Source: a bacterium
Lineage (GTDB): Bacteria > Hydrothermota > Tepidihabitantia > SM23-42
Length of the DNA: 64,000 nt
NCBI GenBank assembly: GCA_049647125.1
Contig: JBARXC010000082.1
Coordinates: 26,476 to 90,475 of the forward strand
Reading direction: 5' to 3'
The position numbers were made by a program, and so were the translations under genes. Below, piece by piece: positions 15,787 to 24,884 of this stretch (position 1 is its first letter; each line of letters starts with the position of its first letter). Under the pieces are notes generated by a model. That model saw only the letters and a list, made by a program, of their open reading frames with translations, ran no database searches and was not told the origin of the DNA.

Positions 15787-16332
15787 GTGTTAAATAATTT
15801 GGATACATACATTGAGAAAGTCGTCGAGTTAAAAAGGGTCATCAAAGTCGTCAAGGGCGGTAAAAGACTGAAGCTGTACGCATGCGTGGTAGTCGGTGAT
15901 GGCGCTGGAGGCATCGGTGTTGGACATGCAAAATCAGCCGCGGTTGCCGACGCAATCAAAAAAGCAACCGTCATTGCAAAGAAAAGCATGGTAAAAGTTG
16001 ATGTCTCTGGCGGCACAATACTCCATACTATCAAAGGGAAATTCTCAGCCAGCCATGTGTTACTGAAGCCCGCCTTGACTGGAACTGGTATCATTGCCTC
16101 AAGTCCGGTACGAGCAGTATGTGAAGCAGTTGGCATTAAAAATATTCTGACTAAGTCGCTCGGCTCAAATAACCCCACGAACCTTGCTTGGGCCACAATC
16201 AATGCATTGAAGTCAGTCCGACCGGTTGCTGTTGTGGCTGAAATGCGCAATAAACCGGTTGAGTATTTCATAAGGAAAAAACATGAAGAAAATAAAGGTG
16301 ATACTAAAAAAGAGCCCAATAAAAAAGATTAG
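15787..16332 (+). CDS. rpsE: 30S ribosomal protein S5 (with short Lys-rich C-terminal extension)
   Basis: GTG start. VVKGGKRLKLYACVVVGDG..GIGVGHAKS S5 dsRBD and C-terminal domains. The tail overlaps rpmD by 50 nt. Confidence 0.9.
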   Translation: MLNNLDTYIEKVVELKRVIKVVKGGKRLKLYACVVVGDGAGGIGVGHAKSAAVADAIKKATVIAKKSMVKVDVSGGTILHTIKGKFSASHVLLKPALTGTGIIASSPVRAVCEAVGIKNILTKSLGSNNPTNLAWATINALKSVRPVAVVAEMRNKPVEYFIRKKHEENKGDTKKEPNKKD

Positions 16333-16480
16333 AAAACATAAATTAACCCTGAAAGCACTCGGTCTTACGAAAATCGGAAAATCAAGAGTGTTTCCAGATA
16401 ATAAATCAGTACGCGGTATGATCGATAAAGTATCTTACCTCGTCGAAGTTCATGAGATAACAAAAAATGAAATTAAATGA
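16283..16480 (+). CDS. rpmD: 50S ribosomal protein L30
   Basis: [28 protein letters not shown] matches the L30 pattern (KVTLxxSxIGxxxxxxxTLxALGL). Confidence 0.85.
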   Translation: MKKIKVILKKSPIKKIRKHKLTLKALGLTKIGKSRVFPDNKSVRGMIDKVSYLVEVHEITKNEIK

Positions 16481-16907
16481 ATTGAAACCGGCAAAAGGTG
16501 CCACAAAGAAATCCAAACGCGTTGGTCACGGGCCAGGTTCTGGACACGGTAAAACCTCAACAAAGGGAATGACAGGCGATCAATCAAGATCAGGGTATCG
16601 TGTGAAGTTCGGCTATGAGGGTGGTCAGATGCCGATTACGCGGAGGATCCCGAAAAGAGGGTTTACCAATATATTCAAGAAGCATTATGAAATAGTGAAC
16701 GTTGAGCTATTAAACAAATTAGAGGCTGGCGCTGAAGTGTCGCCGGAGTATCTCAAAGAAAAGGGCTATATCAAAGGTGGAAAATTGCTCAAGATACTCG
16801 GTCAAGGTGAGCTTTCTAAACCACTCTCTGTTAAAGCCCACAAATTCTCAAAAACCGCCGAAGAAAAAATTCTAAAAGCCAAAGGTAAGATAGAAAAAAT
16901 ATCATGA
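16467..16907 (+). CDS. rplO: 50S ribosomal protein L15
   Basis: [35 protein letters not shown] canonical L15. Confidence 0.95.
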   Translation: MKLNELKPAKGATKKSKRVGHGPGSGHGKTSTKGMTGDQSRSGYRVKFGYEGGQMPITRRIPKRGFTNIFKKHYEIVNVELLNKLEAGAEVSPEYLKEKGYIKGGKLLKILGQGELSKPLSVKAHKFSKTAEEKILKAKGKIEKIS

Positions 16908-18217
16908 TGTCAACATTTCAAAATATCTTTAAAGTACCTGACCTGAAGAAAAAATTGGGGTTCACTCTCTTTGCTCTTGCTGTGTACCGACTCGGCGGCC
17001 ATATCCCTTTACCGGGCATCAACGCCCAGGCACTTGCTCTACTTATGGTTCAGTTGAAACAGCAAGGGTCTATATTCGGCATGTACGATATTTTTGTCGG
17101 CGGTGCCCTATCACGGTCAGCCATCCTTTTCCTCGGGGTTATGCCCTATATATCAGCCTCAATTATTTTCCAGCTGCTGGGCTCAGTGTTCCCACAGATT
17201 GAGCGGTTACAGCGTGACCAAGCCGGACGTAGAAAAGTAACTCAGTACACCAGGTATCTTACGGTCGCGTTGGCAGCATTCCAGGCAACCGGTATCTCCA
17301 TTTTTCTTGAGACCCAGAAATTTACAAGCACGGCTGGTCCCATGGCGATAGTCTTTGATCCAGGATGGGGGTTCCGGATTACTGCCATGCTAACCCTGAC
17401 CTGCGGCGCGGTATTTGCTATGTGGTTGGGTGAACAAATTACAGAAAAGGGTATTGGTAATGGGATTTCTTTCCTGATTTTTGTCGGCTGTCTCGAAGAA
17501 TACCCTGGCTACTTTTTACAGACCGTACAACGGGTTCTTACCCAGGGTCTATCAATTATCAACTTGTTCGTGATGATCGCAGTTATGATTGGTATTGTCG
17601 CGGGCGTGGTCATCATGACCCAAGCCGCACGCCGCATCCCAGTCCAGTATCCAAAGCGCATTGTTGGTCGTAAAATGTATGGCGGTCAATCTACTTTCTT
17701 ACCTTTGCGGGTTAATACAGCCGGTGTCATTCCGATAATCTTCGCGCAATCCCTGGTCATGTTCCCAAGTACAGTTGGGGCTTATGTACCAGCATTGAAA
17801 AACATCCTTGAGATGTTTAGACCAGGTTTCTGGGGGTATGATATCGTTTTCTTTTCGCTAATTGTATTCTTCACCTATTTTTATACATCCATTGTTTTCA
17901 ACCCCGTAGAAATGGCTGATAACATGAAACGTTACGGTGGCTTTATCCCTGGAATAAGACCAGGACCAAGAACCGCCAATTATATCGATGATGTGCTGTC
18001 AAAGATCACTCTGCCGGGTGCTTTATTTCTTGCTTTTATTGCCTTAGTACCCTGGTATTTAATAAATTTTATCAATGTACCTTTCTACTTTGGTGGTACG
18101 ACTCTGCTTATTATTGTTGGTGTCGCACTCGATACACTCCAGCAAATCGAATCACAATTAATGATGTACCATTATGAAGGGTTCATGAAAAAGGGTAAAA
18201 TCAGGGGTAGAAGATGA
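16904..18217 (+). CDS. secY: Preprotein translocase subunit SecY
   Basis: 437 aa, 10 TM. Conserved [11 protein letters not shown] and ...[11 protein letters not shown] motifs. Operon position. Confidence 0.95.
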   Translation: MMSTFQNIFKVPDLKKKLGFTLFALAVYRLGGHIPLPGINAQALALLMVQLKQQGSIFGMYDIFVGGALSRSAILFLGVMPYISASIIFQLLGSVFPQIERLQRDQAGRRKVTQYTRYLTVALAAFQATGISIFLETQKFTSTAGPMAIVFDPGWGFRITAMLTLTCGAVFAMWLGEQITEKGIGNGISFLIFVGCLEEYPGYFLQTVQRVLTQGLSIINLFVMIAVMIGIVAGVVIMTQAARRIPVQYPKRIVGRKMYGGQSTFLPLRVNTAGVIPIIFAQSLVMFPSTVGAYVPALKNILEMFRPGFWGYDIVFFSLIVFFTYFYTSIVFNPVEMADNMKRYGGFIPGIRPGPRTANYIDDVLSKITLPGALFLAFIALVPWYLINFINVPFYFGGTTLLIIVGVALDTLQQIESQLMMYHYEGFMKKGKIRGRR

Positions 18218-18864
18218 TGGTTTTATTATTCGGCCCTCCTGGCGTAGGTAAAGGAACCCAAGCAGATCTTTTGTCCAAACGCGACAAATTCATAAAATTT
18301 TCCACTGGCGATATGCTCCGTGAGGAAGCTGCTTCAAAAAGCAATCTGGGCAACGAAATCGTTGACTACATGAATCATGGTGCATTAGTGCCGGACAATA
18401 TCATTTCTGTACTCGCCAGTCAATTTATTGAGAAACACAAGGCAGACCACATCTTATTCGATGGATTCCCACGGAACTTAAACCAGGCTCAAACCCTGAC
18501 CAAAGACTTAAAGCGTCTCCTTTTGTCATTAAAGGTGGCGATTGAAATGCACCTTGATGAAGCCGAGATAATCGAACGTCTTAGGAACAGAAGATACTGT
18601 CCCCAGTGTAATAAGATATACAATTACGTAACAAACCCGCCCCGTCAGGAACAAGTTTGCGACATCTGCAAAACCGCTCTCGTAAAGAGGAACGATGATG
18701 ACGAAAAGGTTATCCGTAAAAGGTTAGATGTCTATGAAAAAGAAACTCGACCACTCGTTGATTACTATAAATCACATCGCACCTACGAGCGCGTAGAAGC
18801 AACTGGGTCTCAAGAAGAAGTGTTTAAGAAAATCTCCCATATTATTAATGCCCATAATAATTAA
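18214..18864 (+). CDS. adk: Adenylate kinase (zinc-lid type)
   Basis: P-loop GPPGVGKGTQ. Lid with CPQC...CDIC. Confidence 0.95.
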   Translation: MMVLLFGPPGVGKGTQADLLSKRDKFIKFSTGDMLREEAASKSNLGNEIVDYMNHGALVPDNIISVLASQFIEKHKADHILFDGFPRNLNQAQTLTKDLKRLLLSLKVAIEMHLDEAEIIERLRNRRYCPQCNKIYNYVTNPPRQEQVCDICKTALVKRNDDDEKVIRKRLDVYEKETRPLVDYYKSHRTYERVEATGSQEEVFKKISHIINAHNN

Positions 18865-19606
18865 GGACGAAGAAGCAATCAAAAAAATTGCCGTTGCCGG
18901 TAATATTATTTTCGGCATCTTCTCAGAGATTTCAAAAATGGACTTGGTCGGAATGAAAACAATAGAATTAAACGATTATGTTGATACGGCGATCAATGAT
19001 TGCGCAGCGTCGCCTGCTTTTCTTAACTATCGTGGTTTCCCAAAAAGTTGCTGTATTTCTTTGAATAACGAAATTGTCCACGGTATACCAAATGAGCATA
19101 AAATTGCAAGTGGTGACCTCGTCAAGATCGATGTCGGAGTCAAATACCACGGTTATATCGCTGATGCAGCAAGGACTTTTGCTGTCGGTAAGATATCGGA
19201 AGACGCAAGACTACTGATGGAGGTCACCAAGGAAGCGTTGCGAGAAGGTATAAAAGCTGCGAAAAAAGGGAATAGAATATCAGACATCTCACGCGGTGTC
19301 CAAACAATTGCCGAAACCAATGGTTTCAGTGTTGTTAGAGAATTAACCGGCCATGGTGTTGGTCAGGCACTGCACGAAGAACCAGTCATTCCAAATTTTG
19401 TCGCCAGCGGACCAAACCCAGTGCTCTCTACTGGAATGGTTATAGCAATTGAACCAATGGTCAATAGAGGGGATTACCAAATTAAAACTGAATCTGATGG
19501 CTGGACAATATCAACACGCGACGGTTCACTATCCTGTCATTTTGAGGATACTATTGCGATCTTAGAAAAGGGGAATATTAATTTAACAAGAGTTGTGGAA
19601 AATTAA
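18848..19606 (+). CDS. map: Methionine aminopeptidase, type I
   Basis: Metal ligands in DLVKIDVGVKYHGYIADAARTF, GHGVG, IEP and EDT. Confidence 0.95.
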   Translation: MPIIIKDEEAIKKIAVAGNIIFGIFSEISKMDLVGMKTIELNDYVDTAINDCAASPAFLNYRGFPKSCCISLNNEIVHGIPNEHKIASGDLVKIDVGVKYHGYIADAARTFAVGKISEDARLLMEVTKEALREGIKAAKKGNRISDISRGVQTIAETNGFSVVRELTGHGVGQALHEEPVIPNFVASGPNPVLSTGMVIAIEPMVNRGDYQIKTESDGWTISTRDGSLSCHFEDTIAILEKGNINLTRVVEN

Positions 19607-19609
19607 GTT

Positions 19610-19828
19610 ATGTCAAGAAAAGACTTAATCCAGACAGAAGGCACGATAGTCGAGACTCTTCCCAACGCAATGTTTCGCGTTGAGCTAGACAACGGTCATA
19701 AGGTACTCGCTCATGTCTCTGGTAAAATGAGGATGAGTTACATAAAAATCCTTCCGGGCGACAGAGTATTGCTCGAACTGACACCTTACGACCTTTCACG
19801 TGGTCGTATTGTCTGGAGATATAAGTAA
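19610..19828 (+). CDS. infA: Translation initiation factor IF-1
   Basis: 72 aa. [32 protein letters not shown] is a near-universal IF-1 sequence. Confidence 0.95.
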   Translation: MSRKDLIQTEGTIVETLPNAMFRVELDNGHKVLAHVSGKMRMSYIKILPGDRVLLELTPYDLSRGRIVWRYK

Positions 19829-19936
19829 TTAAACGGCTCAAAAAGGCATAAGAAGGCAAAGAGGACTCAATTTTGAAAGGAATAATGAGACAGAATTGGA
19901 TAATAGAGAATAAAGTAAAAGATAGTTTGAAAACAC

Positions 19937-19964
19937 TTGATTTTTCCATAAAATTGTGTATAAT
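19937..19964 (+). promoter_or_regulatory. Internal sigma70-type promoter upstream of rpmJ
   Basis: TTGATT (19937-19942) - 16 nt - TATAAT (19959-19964), inside the 159-nt infA-rpmJ spacer. Confidence 0.5.
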
Positions 19965-19987
19965 AGTGTTTAAACTAAGGAGGAATT

Positions 19988-20101
19988 TTGAAAGTTAAGA
20001 CGTCAGTTAAGAAACGGTGCATTTCCTGTCGGATCATCAAGCGCAAAGGCGTTGTTATGGTCATTTGCAAGAACCCGCGACATAAACAACGGCAGGGATA
20101 A
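19988..20101 (+). CDS. rpmJ: 50S ribosomal protein L36
   Basis: Not in the ORF track because it is under 60 aa. TTG start preceded by TAAGGAGG. Translates to (M)[36 protein letters not shown], the canonical zinc-ribbon L36. Confidence 0.9.
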   Translation: MKVKTSVKKRCISCRIIKRKGVVMVICKNPRHKQRQG

Positions 20102-20213
20102 ACGGCAGATAGATAATGACAGATAATAGGGTCTAGATGCCAGTAAGAAAGAACAATAAAATATCACCAGTACCTATAATTTGTCATCTAGTATCTGGTT
20201 TGTAAGGAGGTTT

Positions 20214-20597
20214 ATGGCTAGAATTTCAGGTGTTGATTTACCGGCAAATAAGAAGGTCGAATATGGACTTACGGCAATCTATGGCATTGGTCTTCACACT
20301 GCACACAAGATTGTCCATACAATCGGCATTGATCCAGTCAAGAAAATCAAAGACTTGAGCGATGAGGATATCATGAGAATAAGAAAGCTAATTGAAGCAG
20401 AATACAAGGTAGAAGGAGCTCTGCGCGCAGAGATCGCGGTTGATGTTAAACGGCTCATTGATATAGGAAGCTATCGTGGGTCAAGACATAAGGTTGGTTT
20501 ACCAACAAGAGGACAGCGTACGCGGACGAATGCACGCACCAGAAAAGGTAGAAAGAAAACTGTAGCACGTAAAGTAGGGCCAGGAGGTAAGAAGTAA
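20214..20597 (+). CDS. rpsM: 30S ribosomal protein S13
   Basis: [10 protein letters not shown]... with AAGGAGG SD. The track start at 20181 is an upstream extension. Confidence 0.95.
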   Translation: MARISGVDLPANKKVEYGLTAIYGIGLHTAHKIVHTIGIDPVKKIKDLSDEDIMRIRKLIEAEYKVEGALRAEIAVDVKRLIDIGSYRGSRHKVGLPTRGQRTRTNARTRKGRKKTVARKVGPGGKK

Positions 20598-21022
20598 TGA
20601 GGAAGCCAAAGCCAAAATCAAGGAGAACGCACGGCGCAAGACCTAAAATATCCAAGCGTAAGAAGGCTGTTGGAACCGAGCAAATCGGAATTGCCAATAT
20701 TTTCGCTTCATTTAATAATACCATCGTATCGATATGTGACAGCAAGGGCAATGTTCTATGTTGGTCTTCAGGAGGGAAGATAGGTTTTAAAGGTACTAAG
20801 AAGGGCACTGCATATGCTGCCCAGCAATGTGCTGACCGCGTAGCAAGAGAAGCATTAGCTCTCGGTGTTAAACGGATCGAATTGAGAATAAAGGGTCCAG
20901 GGCCAGGTCGTGAAGCAGCGATCAGAACACTCCAGACTGTCGGCTTAATAATCACCGCAATCAAAGATGTTACTCCTTTGCCGCACAATGGTTGCCGACC
21001 ACCAAGACGAAGGAGGGTGTAA
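20597..21022 (+). CDS. rpsK: 30S ribosomal protein S11
   Basis: [19 protein letters not shown]...WSSGG and [18 protein letters not shown] motifs. Confidence 0.95.
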   Translation: MRKPKPKSRRTHGARPKISKRKKAVGTEQIGIANIFASFNNTIVSICDSKGNVLCWSSGGKIGFKGTKKGTAYAAQQCADRVAREALALGVKRIELRIKGPGPGREAAIRTLQTVGLIITAIKDVTPLPHNGCRPPRRRRV

Positions 21023-21024
21023 AA

Positions 21025-21654
21025 GTGGCACGTTATATCGGGGCAAAATGCAAAATTTGTCGCCGCGAAAGCGAAAAGCTGTTCTTGCGCGGAAGTCGTT
21101 GTTATACTGACAAATGCGCGTTTACGCGCCGGGGCTATCCGCCTGGCAGTCACGGTAAAGTTGGCAGACGAAAACTAACGAGCTATGCTATTCAGCTTAG
21201 AGAAAAACAGAAAGTCAAGGCGATCTATGGAATTCTTGAAAGGCAGTTCAGGAAAATCTTTAATGATGCAACAAAAAAAGCCGGCAACCCTGGCGAGAAC
21301 CTTCTGATCGCTCTGGAAAAACGGTTAGATAACGTCATTTACCAACTTGGCATAGCGTCTTCCAGGACCCACGCAAGACAACTGGTTAGACATGGTCATA
21401 TTTTGGTCAACGACAAAAAAATGAACATCCCATCGTATATGGTAAAGGTGGATCAAGTTATTAAACTTGTCGACGCACAAAAGAAAAATGCGCTTGTCAA
21501 GAAAGCACTTGAGGAGCGCGATCCAGAAAAGATCGTTAGTTGGCTCAAGCTGAATAAACAAAAAATCACTGGTACAATAGTACGCTCACCCAAACGCGAA
21601 GATATCCTAATACCAATTCAAGAAAATTTGATAGTTGAATTATATTCTAAGTAA
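21025..21654 (+). CDS. rpsD: 30S ribosomal protein S4
   Basis: GTG start after AAGGAGGG. (M)ARYIGAKCKICRRESEKLFLRGSRCYTDKC zinc-cluster N-terminus. S4 domain LDNVIYQLGIASSRTHARQLVRHGHILVN. Confidence 0.9.
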   Translation: MARYIGAKCKICRRESEKLFLRGSRCYTDKCAFTRRGYPPGSHGKVGRRKLTSYAIQLREKQKVKAIYGILERQFRKIFNDATKKAGNPGENLLIALEKRLDNVIYQLGIASSRTHARQLVRHGHILVNDKKMNIPSYMVKVDQVIKLVDAQKKNALVKKALEERDPEKIVSWLKLNKQKITGTIVRSPKREDILIPIQENLIVELYSK

Positions 21655-21663
21655 AGGGGTACT

Positions 21664-22647
21664 ATGACCTTAAAACCATTTGTCATGCCAAAAAGGATTG
21701 AGGTTGACAAAAAAAACACCAATGACACATTTGGTCGTTTCATTTTATCACCCCTGGAACGCGGTTTCGGGATAACTATTGGCAATGCCCTAAGGAGAAT
21801 ATTATTATCATCAATTCAAGGGGCGGCGATAACTAGAGTGAGGATTGGTGACATCTTACAAGAATTTTCCACAATCCCTGGTGTCTACGAAGATATTGTA
21901 GCAGTTATCCTGAACTTGAAACGTATCAGAGTGAAATTATTGACTGATGGTCCCAGCACCCTATATTTAAAAGCCAAAGGAAAAAAAGAATATACTGCTG
22001 AGAACATCGAAAAAAATCCTGACGTAGTAATAATGACACCAAAGCAAAAGATTTTGACGGTAACTGAAACCAAGGTGAACTTCCCCATGGAAATGACTGT
22101 CGAAGCTGGCCGCGGGTATGTTCCTGCAGATGCTTTCAAACATACTGAGGCACCAATTGGAACAGTATTCATCGATGCCATATTCACACCTATCTTGTCA
22201 GTCAATTTCAACATAAAGAATACACGCGTCGGCACCAAGACTGATTATGATCATCTCTCGCTCGAACTCAAAACTGATGGCAGTCTAACTCCAGTTGAAG
22301 CAATTGTCGAAGCATCAAGTCTCCTCAAATACCACCTGTCTTTTATCACCAGCCTCGGAGTCGAACCACAGTTCACGTCAAAAGAGCAACTCAATGCTGA
22401 ACATCGCCGCATCCGGGAAATACTGAAGAGGAGTATCGATGAGCTCGAGATATCAGTTCGAGCATCTAACTGCCTTAAGAACGAGAACATTCAGACAATT
22501 GGTGACCTTGTCAAAAAGAGCGGGAAAGAATTGCTGACCTACGAGAACTTTGGACGAAAATCGCTCAAGGAATTAGAAAAGAATTTATTCAAGGAAGGAT
22601 TACACCTTGAAATGGACGTAGAAAAATACTTAAAAGAAGATATATAA
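21664..22647 (+). CDS. rpoA: DNA-directed RNA polymerase alpha subunit
   Basis: 327 aa. N-terminal GxGxTxGNALRRILLSS motif. C-terminal domain ELEISVRASNCLKNENIQTIGDL. Confidence 0.95.
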   Translation: MTLKPFVMPKRIEVDKKNTNDTFGRFILSPLERGFGITIGNALRRILLSSIQGAAITRVRIGDILQEFSTIPGVYEDIVAVILNLKRIRVKLLTDGPSTLYLKAKGKKEYTAENIEKNPDVVIMTPKQKILTVTETKVNFPMEMTVEAGRGYVPADAFKHTEAPIGTVFIDAIFTPILSVNFNIKNTRVGTKTDYDHLSLELKTDGSLTPVEAIVEASSLLKYHLSFITSLGVEPQFTSKEQLNAEHRRIREILKRSIDELEISVRASNCLKNENIQTIGDLVKKSGKELLTYENFGRKSLKELEKNLFKEGLHLEMDVEKYLKEDI

Positions 22648-22765
22648 ATGAAGAAGGCTTAGAGAAAGCGCAAATATGGCAACCAAAGGCAGAGGATAAT
22701 GTGTTATGAAGAAAGCTCAGAGATGGCAGAAGAACGCAAAAACAATATTTTCGAGGTGAGCGAAT

Positions 22766-23383
22766 ATGAGACATGGTGATCGAGTAAAGAAATTGGGCAG
22801 AAAAAAGGAACATCGCATTGCCTTGCTGCGAAATCTCTGTCGCTCTCTGTTCATTTTAGAAAAAATCAGAACAACCTTGCCAAAAGCAAAAGAAGCAAAG
22901 AAAATGGCTGAACACTTGATAGAATTTGCCAAACGCAATGACCTTGCCGCCCGCCGACGCATCTATCGTCAGATTCAAGATCATAAACTCGTTAAGATTA
23001 TCTGTGACGAAATCGGCCCAAGGTTTAGCGAGCGTCATGGAGGCTACACGAGAATCTATCGACTCGGACCAAGACTCGGCGATGGTGCGGAAATGGCGAT
23101 CCTTGAACTAGTCGAACAAAGTAACCCGGAGACAATTACTATGAGAAGAAAACTGATCGAACGGCGTCATCTAGTAGAAGCCCAAACCAAGAAAAAGAAA
23201 AAGGCGAAGAAAGAGAAGAAGCAGAAAGAGACAGATACGCAAGCCGCCGCTAAGAAAGAAAAAAAAGAAAAGAAAGTATCTAAAAAGAAGGTGGCTAAAA
23301 AGAAAGCAAAGAAAATAAAAAAGGAAAGAAAGGTAAAAAAGAAAACCAAAGAGAAAAAAGGCAAGAAAAAACGTAAGAAATAA
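22766..23383 (+). CDS. rplQ: 50S ribosomal protein L17 with ~65-residue poly-Lys C-terminal extension
   Basis: MRHGDRVKKLGRKKEHRIALLRNL...GGYTRIYRLGPRLGDGAEMAILEL is canonical L17 (~116 aa). Residues 141-205 contain 38 Lys in 65 residues. Confidence 0.9.
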   Translation: MRHGDRVKKLGRKKEHRIALLRNLCRSLFILEKIRTTLPKAKEAKKMAEHLIEFAKRNDLAARRRIYRQIQDHKLVKIICDEIGPRFSERHGGYTRIYRLGPRLGDGAEMAILELVEQSNPETITMRRKLIERRHLVEAQTKKKKKAKKEKKQKETDTQAAAKKEKKEKKVSKKKVAKKKAKKIKKERKVKKKTKEKKGKKKRKK

Positions 23384-23458
23384 CACGCCCGATATTATTG
23401 TCGTTTAATAATAACTATTAACATTTCTGCTTGGTAATATCATCAAATGAAGGAGAAC

Positions 23459-23486
23459 TTGACTTTGCTGTCGATTTCAATATAAT
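23459..23486 (+). promoter_or_regulatory. Sigma70-type promoter upstream of tldD
   Basis: TTGACT (23459-23464) - 16 nt - TATAAT (23481-23486). The 33-nt leader is A-rich with no clear SD. Confidence 0.5.
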
Positions 23487-23519
23487 TCTTTTATTTTCCA
23501 AAAAAAAAAATGGAACACA

Positions 23520-24884
23520 ATGCTTGATATTTTGACTTCAATGCTTTCAAAAGTAGATGCAGACTATGCAGATATCCGTTACGAGATCAAAAAAGAGGTG
23601 ATAATTTCCTTTAATGGTCGCGAGCTGACCCAGTTGAGCTCAAATTCCACAGACGGATATGTACTGCGTGTGCTGAAAAATGGAGGTTTGTCCTCAGTAG
23701 CCTTCACGAATAAAAAAGCTGTTAAGAAAGCCATTGCTTGGGCTGAAGAAAATGCTCTTTTAATCTCCAGAAATATCGACGAACCAGTTACATTCGCAAA
23801 GAGCAAAACCACTGTTGATTGCTTCTTGCCAGAACTCACTGAAGACCCACAGCAAATATGCATTGATGAAAAACTCGAGCTTACCAGAAAATACAATAAT
23901 ATTCCGCTCAAGCAAAGCAAAATTGCTACGACAAATATCAGTTATCGTGAAGTCATCCGCGATAAGTATTTCGCGAGCACTGAAGGAAGCAAGATTAGAG
24001 AGAGCCTCACCACAACAAGAATCAACGGACTCATTGTCAGCCGGGATGGAACGCTGATCCAAAATGTACGGGTGGGTATCGGCGGTAGTAATGGTTTTGC
24101 AGTACTCAGGAATCAAGAAGAAGAATTCGAAAAGCGGACTTCGATCGCCCGGCAATTATTAAATGCTGATTCAGTCAAGGCTGGCGTATATAATGCAATC
24201 CTCAATCAGAGCCTGGCTGGCGTATTCACACACGAAGCCTTTGGACACTTTTCCGAAGCCGATCTGCTTGAGAACAACCTTAGCATGCGAAAAAAGATGA
24301 AAATAGGTGCGAAACTAGGCGATGATGCGCTGAACATAATAGATGACCCAACAATACCTAATACCCTGGGCTTTTACAAATATGATGACGAAGGAACCAA
24401 GGCAAAACCAACCCAGCTTATGAAAAACGGTGTGCTCACCGGTCGGCTTCATTCCCGGCGCACCGCGGCTGCTTTCAATGAACCACTTAGTGGTCACTGT
24501 ATTGCTGAGGACTATCGTTATGCACCGATTATAAGAATGGGTAACATTTTCATTCAGAGCGGCAACAACTCTTTTGACAACCTTCTTAACCGTTTGGGCA
24601 ACGGCCTCTATGTTCTCGATGCAAAAGGCGGACAGACGAGTGGCGAAAATTTCACATTCGGTGCTCAATACGGTTACCTCATAACAAATGGCAAGCTTGG
24701 AAAAATGGTACGTGATATTAATATTGTTGGCAATCTTTATAAAACTCTGCAACACATATACGCTATAGGAGATGATGTGATCATGAGCAAGATCGGCGGT
24801 TGCGGTAAAGGACAGGTAAATATTCGTTCATGCTACGGCGCACCACACCTTCTTATCACTGATATTGTTGTCGGAGGAACCTAA
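23520..24884 (+). CDS. tldD: TldD-family metalloprotease
   Basis: 454 aa. HEAFGH zinc motif (VFTHEAFGHFSEAD). C-terminal GGCGKGQ motif. Confidence 0.85.
   Translation: MLDILTSMLSKVDADYADIRYEIKKEVIISFNGRELTQLSSNSTDGYVLRVLKNGGLSSVAFTNKKAVKKAIAWAEENALLISRNIDEPVTFAKSKTTVDCFLPELTEDPQQICIDEKLELTRKYNNIPLKQSKIATTNISYREVIRDKYFASTEGSKIRESLTTTRINGLIVSRDGTLIQNVRVGIGGSNGFAVLRNQEEEFEKRTSIARQLLNADSVKAGVYNAILNQSLAGVFTHEAFGHFSEADLLENNLSMRKKMKIGAKLGDDALNIIDDPTIPNTLGFYKYDDEGTKAKPTQLMKNGVLTGRLHSRRTAAAFNEPLSGHCIAEDYRYAPIIRMGNIFIQSGNNSFDNLLNRLGNGLYVLDAKGGQTSGENFTFGAQYGYLITNGKLGKMVRDINIVGNLYKTLQHIYAIGDDVIMSKIGGCGKGQVNIRSCYGAPHLLITDIVVGGT

Noticed and set aside
15636-16319. 227-aa minus-strand ORF
   Set aside because: It lies entirely antisense to rplR/rpsE, whose products are unambiguous. 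It has no SD or promoter and a low-complexity composition. This is a shadow ORF.
20455-21153. 232-aa minus-strand ORF
   Set aside because: It is antisense to rpsM/rpsK/rpsD. This is a shadow ORF of highly conserved genes.
23167-23386. Two F/L-rich minus-strand ORFs (65 and 71 aa)
   Set aside because: They are the reverse-complement mirror of the AAG/AAA-rich poly-Lys tail of rplQ, not independent genes.
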